The position numbers and the translations under genes are program-made. The notes beneath the pieces are model-generated. The model made no database searches. It saw nothing but the letters and a program-made list of their open reading frames with translations, and had not been told where the DNA came from. This document shows positions 18,135-25,806 of a stretch of DNA of 32,000 nucleotides, in pieces. Each line of letters begins with the position of its first letter. Position 1 is the stretch's first letter. The stretch is from Pseudodesulfovibrio piezophilus C1TLV30 (lineage in GTDB: Bacteria > Desulfobacterota > Desulfovibrionia > Desulfovibrionales > Desulfovibrionaceae): assembly GCF_000341895.1 (NCBI RefSeq), contig NC_020409.1:2220001-2252000 (forward strand), written 5' to 3'.

Positions 18135-21100
18135 ATGTCATTAATGTTTCTGGCCCAAGTTGCCAACTATCTCAATGGCGATCAAAATGATGAATGGACA
18201 CCGTTTTATATAAATTCGGTCATAATGTTCCGAGGGTATTCGTCCATATTCAAAGGGACAAACGGCATCGGGAAAACGACCTTGTCGAAAGCTATCCTTG
18301 CTTGTCTGGGATGGAAAAATGACTTCGTTTTGCACACCAAAGAGCGGATGTCTCCTCCTGACAGCACAATGAGCCATATTCGCATTGAGTTTGTGCGTCC
18401 GTTTGCCGACCCAGAGCCCATGCAGGCCATACTGCCAATGGATCAAGTTGGCGTTCAGGGCGAACACTGGGTCTTCGGAATTTGCGGACACAAGGGGACC
18501 GGAGACGTCATTCGCTATAAGTACAAAGGTACAATTGCGGATGTGCCGTTAGGCAATGTCGTTGACGGAAGGCACATCTTGCTGCCGGATGAAGATGTAC
18601 AGAAGATGATCGAGAGTGCCGATGAGGGGGCGTATTCTGTAAGCGAGGCCGCGTGGAGAAAGGAGGTCGCACACCATATTCGTCCACGCCAATTGCGCAT
18701 GCTTGAAAAGTTCCAGCGCCAAGGAGCTGGTGATCATTCCACAAGCTTGTTTGATGTTCAGGCAAAGGGTGTGGAACGATATGATCAAGCATTTTTTTAT
18801 AGCCAGATTGTTCCGGAGCTTATGGATGGATTGCATTCTGAGAAGAAGGATGGAAATGCCGACAGCGAAGAGGTCGTTGAGTCCTTTGAGGACACAGTCG
18901 TTCAAGGTTCTCAGAAGCTGATCCAAGCTAAGATTAAACTTGGGGAAACGAAAACTCGGATTGATGATTTAAAAAAACTTCAAACTGGACTCGTGGGGCT
19001 TGGCCAGAAGGCGCATGAGTATTCAGAATCCAAAGCGAGCTACCACAAAAAACTGGGGAAAGTCGCTGAGATTGGTGCCGCTCTTGATGTTGTTAGCCAC
19101 CGAGAGCTCCCTGGCGTTCCCAAGTGGGTTGGGCATTCTGACGAAGTCGCAGAAACACTGTTGATGAATATGGCTATACGGCCTGGCATAGGCCCATGCC
19201 TCCGCCCTCAAGGGATTGATGAGTTGTTAGAAATCAAAAAAGACAGGACTACTGCCTTACTTGCCGACACTGAAATTGAATATGCAAAGTCGCTACAAGT
19301 TGTTGAAATTATTAACGAGGAAACTCCCGCAAAAAAGGGTGGCCCCTCTTCTGGTTCATATCTCTCTTTGGCCAACTCTTTGGATTTTATCGATACGATT
19401 CCAGCTAGTGTTTTTAAGGTGCAACCTCAAAACGAGTTACACCGCCGCGAGGAACTGAAACAGATAATCACCATGGCCTTTGCTCATTTTGGTAAAAAAA
19501 TGGACACAAGCCCTCATCGAAAATCCATGGCGATCATAGAAAAACAGGGCAACACAGAAAAGTCACGCCTCGACTCCCGAAAAGACAAGTTTGAAGAAAT
19601 CAATAAGGATATCCAATCGATAAAGGACATGCGAGATAGCATGGCCAAACCTCGTGCGGCCTGGGAAGCCATGCGTGAGAGTGAGGAGTTCTATTCAGCC
19701 CAACTCGATGATCCAGGACGGACAGGCGAATGCGTCCAAAAGAAGTTCGAAAAGCTAGATGGTGAGGTCAGCCGCTTGGATCAGATGATTGGTGGTATAA
19801 GCGACAATGAAAAAAGCCTGCTGTTGTTTAGAGATAAATACGGCAATAACGCAGATCCTCTTCAGATCAAAACCAGCCTCAACGAAACTCTGGAACGTAT
19901 TTCCTCCATAAAGGCCTTGTACGAAGCCTCATTTGAACATCTTGAGCTTGAAAAGGGATGTCTCGTCTCGAAGGTCACAGAATTAGCTGTTGACTATAAT
20001 GGGGCTACGAGTGCGCTTTCGGTTATCTCAAATCAAAAAGAAGCTTGGGATCGTATTCAAGAGGTGTTTCAGGGCTTAAGCTATGAGACTATACGCGATC
20101 GATTGAATGAGCAGGAATTGATTCTTGAGAAGGTCCTTGCTGACGCAAAAAAAGATAAGGGGTATCTCAAAGAAGACATGAAAGAGCGCCTTGGCCTGGG
20201 TTATACTTTAATTAAAAAGTGCACTGAGCAGTCTGACATCATCCAGAGGGAGCTTTGCACCAGCGAAAGTGCGCTCCAGGAAGTCCTTTGTGCGCTTAAA
20301 GATGTTGAGGCTTTCAGAGCTAAGTACGGTGAGGAGACTACACCAGAAGCCGAGCTTGACCTTCTGAATAAATGGCAGCTTAAGACTGAGAATCGTATCG
20401 AGGACTTAGAAGCCTGTGTCAAAGGGTTTAAGGATCAACTACATATACTTAAATCAAAACAAGGCGCACCGTCCGGTGTTGTGGCCGAAGCCTTGGCCAT
20501 GGTACAGGAGGAAACCGAATTTCAGATGCTGTTCGAAGTTATTGAGGCGGAACCGACTCTTTCAACTGAGCAGAAAGAAGAAGCCCTTGAGCAGCTTTCT
20601 GCAACGCTCTTTGCGCCGGTTGTTAAGAGCAAGGTTGAGGCTCAAGCGATTGCGAATATATTCGAAAGGGAGAACTATCCTATCCCTGTCTTCCTCCTTG
20701 AGGGTTTTCAAAAGCTCCTAAGAAGCAATGAGCTTTCAAATCTTTCCGATGCCATATTTGCTCACAAGAGCAAAATGGTGGGTATCATCCTCAACAAGGA
20801 TGAACGTGAGGCATTAAAGGCTAGGCTTGAAAAGAAGATCGTCACATATGGTAAAGCCGTATCTGTCGCAAATGAATTTGCTCTCAAGATTGGTCCGTCC
20901 TCGCCTTTGGCGAAAGCGCTGATTCGAGCACAGACCGCTGTGGAGAGTGATGCCGAGACGAAAGCCTCAAAACGTTTCTCGGAAGTTATCGGTAAAGCCA
21001 GACGTCTTATCCATGTCTCCAAAGTATTTGATAATGCTTGTGATGATTGGGGGGAAGCCCCCCAAAGGCTCAACTCATTCGAAAAGGATTTTGCAGGGCT

Positions 21101-23204
21101 CCTGGAGCTGCAAATGGGTCGGGCTTCATGTGTTCACGATGTCGAGGAAGTTTCTTCCTTGGCCATAGAGTCTGCAGTAGGGAATCTGCATGAGGATATG
21201 GGCACGGCTTCACAGAAGCTGCAGAGCACTGTGAAAGAGTTCGAGGGACGTTTGGTTGACTATGAGGCCGACATAAATAAAGAAGCGAGGCTCATCCAGG
21301 GACGGGTGGATGCTGCAAAGGATAACCTTTTTAAGTTCAAAGAAGAATTTCGAAATGAGAGTTCGTTTGCAACAAACTTTGCCCGTGCAAAGGGCTTTAG
21401 TGAATCTATCTATGAAGAGGCAAAGCTGGGAGTCCGTAACACGAAAGACGTCCTCGACTCTCATAGCGGAGCTCTCGAAGAGAGCAATGATGCCCTGATT
21501 GCGATATCCGAAAGTGTGGCAGAGTTGAAGGTAAGGGAAGAAAACGTCGCCAATCGATTGGACAAGCTCAATTTTGACGATTTGGCGGCGTTCATCGCTT
21601 GTGGCGAAGGAAATGATAAAGACGACCTGGTCAAGCGCTGTGATCAAACAAAGGAAGAGCGTGCGGATTGGATGTTGCTGCTCAAGTATGAGTACGATCA
21701 GGCTCAAAAGTATGTACCCAAAAGAAGGGAAGATGAAGATCTCCTCGTGCGTTTGGAGTCTCTAAAGGAAGAGCGTGCTGGAATCGAAGATGAGATCAAA
21801 TCCATCAAAGATCGTCTTGAGGTGATTAATAAGTCCTATGCAGAGTTGAAGAATAAGTCTTTGGAGTATGATCTCCAACTCTTGAAAATTCAAAAGCAAC
21901 GTAAAGCATTTGCTTCCCTGCTTGGTGAAATTGAAACGTTGGACAAGAAAGAAGATTCACCAGAAATTGAAGCAGTTAGGCAGCACGTCGATAGTGTTTT
22001 CAAGGCTGTGGATGAAGAACATTATGAATCCCTGGTTGAATTTGTAAGAGCAATCGCATCGACGCTCGAAGCGTTCAAAGCAGAACGCAAAGTTGAGCGT
22101 GCGAAAACTGCCAAAAATAAGATGATAACGAAGAAAGACGCATTTGGAGATGCGTGCGATAGGTTCGTTGAGAACAATAAAGAAAAAATCCTTACCGGCA
22201 TGGCCAATGACCTGTTGAGCGCCAAAAGCCAACCGGGCATGATCGGCAAAATCATCCAGGAAAAACGAAGGGAAATCGAAGAGAAGGATGAACACTACGA
22301 TGTCCAGAAAGGTATCTTTGACGATCTTTGGAGAGATCTGCTTGTCAGAATGAAAAACATGTCGGCCCAGGCCAAAGACTCTTTCCGCCTTCTGAGACGT
22401 GTTTGCAACAAGTACAAAGAAGGTGCGACCTTCTTCCTGGAAGCTGATGTCGCCTCGGATGAGGCCATCATGGCAATTTTGGAAGAAATCAGGGACAGAG
22501 TAGAGCTTCAAAACGCGAAGCTCCAACTAGAGTTGGAAAGCGGTAATATCACTCCCAAGCATGCCAAAAGGACAGCCGAGAAAGGGTATAATAGCCAATT
22601 CATGGCCGATGTTCGTAATACCCTTTTCAAGGGCTTCTTTATCAATGTTTCAATCAAATTCAGGCACCCTGAAATTGCTGGCCACAATAAGCGCCTGTAT
22701 GACGACAACAAGCTGAGCGACGGGCAAAAGACGGCCCTACAGTTGCTCATGGTGGTCAGGTTGGCCGAGTACGCCATTTATCGCGATCGTTTGAAAGAAC
22801 GCCCCCGTGGCCGCGTCAGGAGGAAGAGCCAGGCGGAGCACAGCTTCATTCTCCTGGATGGCATGCTTTCAAATCTTTCAGACGATGATCTTATTTCTGA
22901 AAGCCTTAGTGCCTTAAAGTCGTGTCTTGGTTCATTCCAACTCATCGGATTCATTCACAACCGAGGGTATGTGAATAATTATGACGTGTTCCCGTGCTAT
23001 AATGAGGCCCGTAAGTGGGACATCAAACGTCCCAATAAATCCTCTTCCAAATGGGTGAGAGTTTTGGACATAGACAAGGATGGAGAGGAAGTAGATCACA
23101 CCTCAGGTGTTGAGGTCTGGCATTCTGCAGTTGTGCCGCTTGAGTCCGAGCAAGCTGGCTTAACGTTTGATGATAACGTTGAAGTTGAGGCGGAAGCAAG
23201 ATGA
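18135..23204 (+). CDS. giant SMC/Rad50-like ABC ATPase (JetC/MksF-like), about 1689 aa
   Basis: - The N-terminal head carries Walker A 'GTNGIGKTT' (18255-18281).
- More than 1200 residues are E/K/L-rich and coiled-coil-like.
- The C-terminal head carries the signature-like 'LSDGQK' (22713-22730) and the Walker B-like 'FILLDG' (22845-22862).
- The ATG at 18135 lies 1 nt after the upstream stop. The ORF-track TTG at 18102 is less likely.
- An ATGA overlap links it to the next gene. Confidence 0.7.
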   Translation: MSLMFLAQVANYLNGDQNDEWTPFYINSVIMFRGYSSIFKGTNGIGKTTLSKAILACLGWKNDFVLHTKERMSPPDSTMSHIRIEFVRPFADPEPMQAILPMDQVGVQGEHWVFGICGHKGTGDVIRYKYKGTIADVPLGNVVDGRHILLPDEDVQKMIESADEGAYSVSEAAWRKEVAHHIRPRQLRMLEKFQRQGAGDHSTSLFDVQAKGVERYDQAFFYSQIVPELMDGLHSEKKDGNADSEEVVESFEDTVVQGSQKLIQAKIKLGETKTRIDDLKKLQTGLVGLGQKAHEYSESKASYHKKLGKVAEIGAALDVVSHRELPGVPKWVGHSDEVAETLLMNMAIRPGIGPCLRPQGIDELLEIKKDRTTALLADTEIEYAKSLQVVEIINEETPAKKGGPSSGSYLSLANSLDFIDTIPASVFKVQPQNELHRREELKQIITMAFAHFGKKMDTSPHRKSMAIIEKQGNTEKSRLDSRKDKFEEINKDIQSIKDMRDSMAKPRAAWEAMRESEEFYSAQLDDPGRTGECVQKKFEKLDGEVSRLDQMIGGISDNEKSLLLFRDKYGNNADPLQIKTSLNETLERISSIKALYEASFEHLELEKGCLVSKVTELAVDYNGATSALSVISNQKEAWDRIQEVFQGLSYETIRDRLNEQELILEKVLADAKKDKGYLKEDMKERLGLGYTLIKKCTEQSDIIQRELCTSESALQEVLCALKDVEAFRAKYGEETTPEAELDLLNKWQLKTENRIEDLEACVKGFKDQLHILKSKQGAPSGVVAEALAMVQEETEFQMLFEVIEAEPTLSTEQKEEALEQLSATLFAPVVKSKVEAQAIANIFERENYPIPVFLLEGFQKLLRSNELSNLSDAIFAHKSKMVGIILNKDEREALKARLEKKIVTYGKAVSVANEFALKIGPSSPLAKALIRAQTAVESDAETKASKRFSEVIGKARRLIHVSKVFDNACDDWGEAPQRLNSFEKDFAGLLELQMGRASCVHDVEEVSSLAIESAVGNLHEDMGTASQKLQSTVKEFEGRLVDYEADINKEARLIQGRVDAAKDNLFKFKEEFRNESSFATNFARAKGFSESIYEEAKLGVRNTKDVLDSHSGALEESNDALIAISESVAELKVREENVANRLDKLNFDDLAAFIACGEGNDKDDLVKRCDQTKEERADWMLLLKYEYDQAQKYVPKRREDEDLLVRLESLKEERAGIEDEIKSIKDRLEVINKSYAELKNKSLEYDLQLLKIQKQRKAFASLLGEIETLDKKEDSPEIEAVRQHVDSVFKAVDEEHYESLVEFVRAIASTLEAFKAERKVERAKTAKNKMITKKDAFGDACDRFVENNKEKILTGMANDLLSAKSQPGMIGKIIQEKRREIEEKDEHYDVQKGIFDDLWRDLLVRMKNMSAQAKDSFRLLRRVCNKYKEGATFFLEADVASDEAIMAILEEIRDRVELQNAKLQLELESGNITPKHAKRTAEKGYNSQFMADVRNTLFKGFFINVSIKFRHPEIAGHNKRLYDDNKLSDGQKTALQLLMVVRLAEYAIYRDRLKERPRGRVRRKSQAEHSFILLDGMLSNLSDDDLISESLSALKSCLGSFQLIGFIHNRGYVNNYDVFPCYNEARKWDIKRPNKSSSKWVRVLDIDKDGEEVDHTSGVEVWHSAVVPLESEQAGLTFDDNVEVEAEAR

Positions 23205-24340
23205 CGCAAAAAAAGGAAAGCATAGTAAGAGAAGCCCTTCGGAAGATGGCAGGCAAAAATGCCAAGCTCAATCCCGGCAAGCTCCAAAGCCGAATAATGC
23301 GGACAACTGGTCTTGATACCGTCTCAATCAAAATCGGGATGCAAGCGTTACTCGACAAGAAGGAAATTGAGGCTGTTGAATGGGATTCAATGAACTGCAT
23401 GCCTCTTGGCCAAATGTCTTTGAACCTAAAGCCACTCCCCGTTGAGCCGCATGTGCATTCCTGGCAGCAAGCTGTATCAATATCATCCCTTGCACCCAAA
23501 GCAAAAAAAGCTCTTTCACACAAGCGAGTTGCTGGCAAAATGAAGGGGGCATCTGATGGTTTTATGGTCGAGCTTATCAGATCTATTGAAGTGTTGATTC
23601 AAGGTCAGGATGACATACCAGAAGGAAGCCCATTGTTTGAGGCCAGCGCCAGGTTTCTTTGTGGATCTTCAAAGATGCTCGATGATTTTGGCCCAACACT
23701 ACTTAAAACGATCGGCTTAGATGTCGAACGCTTTTCTAGGTCACCTAGATATGTGATAGTGGCAGGCCCACCTTCTCCAGAAGCGGTTGTTCTTATTGAA
23801 AATCCACATTCTTTTGAAAGAGCCATTCAAAGTGATGCTTCCTGTGCTTACGTCTGTACATATGGGTTTGGTTTGACGATGAGCCATGATGGATATGGAA
23901 CTCTTTTACTTGAAAATATCACAACCCATCTTCCCCATCTAAAAACATTGGTTCGCCGAGGGAATCCTCCAAAAATTAGGACTCTACTTGAACATCAAAA
24001 ATTGTTTTTTTGGGGAGACTTGGATCTTTCAGGGATGCGAATCTATGATTCATTACACCTGCAATATCCTCATATACGACTTTCAGCTTTATATGGCCCC
24101 ATGTTGAAGTCATTAAAGGAGGGAGGAAGTCATCCTTATATACCGGCTGCAGGGAAAGGAAAGCCTGGACAGCCAGTACAACATAAGAAACTCGGTGAAT
24201 TAAAGGATTCGGTTGCACAAAGGGTAGCTAATCTTTGTGCTCAACGAGCCGTTGATCAAGAGATAGTTCTTGAGGGATTCAAAGAATTAAGCATGCACCA
24301 ACTCAGTGAAGCAATGATTGAGGAGTTCTTTAATGAGTAA
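23201..24340 (+). CDS. JetD/MksG-like Toprim (DUF2220-type) nuclease subunit
   Basis: 379 aa. The C-terminal half, 'VVLIENPHSFERAI...LFFWGDLDLSGMRIYDSLHLQYPHIRLSALYGPML', matches the JetD pattern 'ENxxTF ... YWGDxDxxGxxIL'. The WGDLDLSG codons lie at 24011-24034. The N-terminal half is not recognisably DUF3322-like to me. Confidence 0.7.
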   Translation: MTQKKESIVREALRKMAGKNAKLNPGKLQSRIMRTTGLDTVSIKIGMQALLDKKEIEAVEWDSMNCMPLGQMSLNLKPLPVEPHVHSWQQAVSISSLAPKAKKALSHKRVAGKMKGASDGFMVELIRSIEVLIQGQDDIPEGSPLFEASARFLCGSSKMLDDFGPTLLKTIGLDVERFSRSPRYVIVAGPPSPEAVVLIENPHSFERAIQSDASCAYVCTYGFGLTMSHDGYGTLLLENITTHLPHLKTLVRRGNPPKIRTLLEHQKLFFWGDLDLSGMRIYDSLHLQYPHIRLSALYGPMLKSLKEGGSHPYIPAAGKGKPGQPVQHKKLGELKDSVAQRVANLCAQRAVDQEIVLEGFKELSMHQLSEAMIEEFFNE

Positions 24341-24740
24341 GCATATCGCCATGGAACTGAACTGCCCAGGATGGATTCAAAAGCTCATCGAGAACAAAGA
24401 CGAGATCCAAGCAAAGCAAGCTATCAGAAATGAATTTGAAAAGCTTGTGGAAGGGCTGGAACTACCTCTTTCCGAACAAACGATCGGTGAATCTCATTTG
24501 CACGGTGATTGCCGGGAATTCAGACGCCTGAGCCTCTTTGTGAAGTACCACAGTACCTACCATGTTCGACGAGGAGGCTGCGGCCTGTGCAGCAAACACC
24601 ATTGGCTTGCGACATGGTGCATCCTGCCTAGCCATCACGCTAAGGAAGTAGAGATCGCAGAACAGGTGGCTAAAGACTTTGATCGTCGCTATCCGTACCT
24701 GGGCATCCTCTCGATGCCCTATGAATGGTGGCAAATTTAG
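24333..24740 (+). CDS. hypothetical Cys/His-rich protein, translationally coupled to the jetD-like gene
   Basis: 135 aa counted from the ATG at 24333, which overlaps the upstream stop by 8 nt (ATGAGTAA). It contains 'HLHGDC', 'GGCGLCSKHHW' and 'CILPSHH', a possible metal site. I recognise no family. Confidence 0.55.
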   Translation: MSKHIAMELNCPGWIQKLIENKDEIQAKQAIRNEFEKLVEGLELPLSEQTIGESHLHGDCREFRRLSLFVKYHSTYHVRRGGCGLCSKHHWLATWCILPSHHAKEVEIAEQVAKDFDRRYPYLGILSMPYEWWQI

Positions 24741-24755
24741 AACAGGAGTATAGAC

Positions 24756-25019
24756 ATGACTACTACAGCATCATCTGTCGATTGGGTTAAGCTCATTGGC
24801 GGTGGTTTCGCTCACCAGACAGCTCCCTTTGCTGTGCATCCTCTTGATAAAGGCCGTGCTAAAGAATATCTGCAACAAGCGAAGGCCCATGGCTTGACCG
24901 TTTCAGATGCAGTTGCCCACGCTAAAGAATACCTGGCCACGGCCATAGGATGGCCGGTCAATGAAGCAGAAGCACTCCAGCGCGTAAGGGAGTTCTTCGC
25001 AGGGAAGCTGCCCCAGTAA
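24756..25019 (+). CDS. hypothetical 87-aa protein
   Basis: AGGAG RBS about 8 nt upstream; the gene starts 15 nt after the previous stop. It has an internal repeat 'AKEYLQQAKAHG' / 'AKEYLATAIGW'. I recognise no family. Confidence 0.55.
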   Translation: MTTTASSVDWVKLIGGGFAHQTAPFAVHPLDKGRAKEYLQQAKAHGLTVSDAVAHAKEYLATAIGWPVNEAEALQRVREFFAGKLPQ

Positions 25020-25166
25020 CTCCCTACCAATGACATTGGGCTTACTTATTGATACAAAGACGAAGAGAGCCTGATTGCTTTGCGACCAGGACCATTTCAA
25101 CCCCATCACTCAAGGAGGCACGACATGACATTTCTATAGGTAATCTATAACCATAGGAGGTCTGTC

Positions 25167-25712
25167 ATGCCTGACTATCGTTGGTCGTACTATCTCACCG
25201 CTCCGTGGGAGCTGGTGGATGAATGGTATCGTGCGGTCAAATTCGGTATCCGTAATCTGTTCCAGTGGTTTCCCGTTGTGTGGGCCGATCGACACTACAC
25301 GTCCTGGGGAATGTTCAACGTTATCCGTCACAAGCTCGTGCTCATGCAGCGTGAGTTGAGCCGTAATCCGTATTACGTGGGCGCAGAACGCGATCTGCAC
25401 TTGATGCACATCTGTGAGCTGCTCATCGAGCGCTACTTCGCAGATAAGTACAGCGAACGTTGTTTCAAGCGCCATGAGGAGAAATGGGGTGAAATGCGCG
25501 ACTTCTGGGAACCGTCCTACGACCACGAAACCGGCGATATCGATCCGAACTACTGCATGTCGTTTACGGATTGGCCAAACGCTCCCACTCCGAAGTTGGA
25601 AGGAAAAGCGTGGAAGGAAATGCGTGCTTGCTTCGACCATGAGCGAAAACTCGCAGATCAGGATATCCAGTATCTGTTTAAGCTTCTGAGCAAGCACTAT
25701 CGCCGTTGGTAG
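25167..25712 (+). CDS. hypothetical 181-aa Trp-rich protein
   Basis: Strong RBS (TAGGAGG) 7 nt upstream. The composition looks protein-like. A 16-bp perfect hairpin follows immediately. The longer antisense ORF 25134..25919 crosses that hairpin and the next gene's start, so I treat it as a shadow. Confidence 0.6.
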   Translation: MPDYRWSYYLTAPWELVDEWYRAVKFGIRNLFQWFPVVWADRHYTSWGMFNVIRHKLVLMQRELSRNPYYVGAERDLHLMHICELLIERYFADKYSERCFKRHEEKWGEMRDFWEPSYDHETGDIDPNYCMSFTDWPNAPTPKLEGKAWKEMRACFDHERKLADQDIQYLFKLLSKHYRRW

Positions 25713-25714
25713 GC

Positions 25715-25755
25715 AAAGGAAAGGGACGACACCTATTTGGTCGTCCCTTTCCTTT
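25715..25755 (+). terminator. hairpin terminator after the 181-aa gene
   Basis: Perfect 16-bp inverted repeat AAAGGAAAGGGACGAC (25715-25730) / GTCGTCCCTTTCCTTT (25740-25755) with a 9-nt loop. There is no clean T-tract beyond the T-rich 3' arm. Confidence 0.5.
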
Positions 25756-25806
25756 GAGGTTGGCCTTGAGTGAATACAGCAGTATGGTACGTCAAGGAGT
25801 TTACCT

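Noticed and set aside
18141-22777. Many short ORFs on both strands inside the 5.1-kb SMC-like gene (for example 21210..21707 and 21957..22526)
   Set aside because: They sit inside a single long uninterrupted frame with ATPase head motifs at both ends. Coiled-coil genes rich in GAA/AAG typically create long antisense ORFs.
18135-23204. Interpreting the giant ATPase as housekeeping MukB/SMC or SbcC/Rad50
   Set aside because: It lies inside a transposon. It is not next to an SbcD/Mre11 or MukEF-like pair with recognisable motifs. It is translationally coupled to a JetD-type Toprim protein. A defence-type (Wadjet-like) context fits better.
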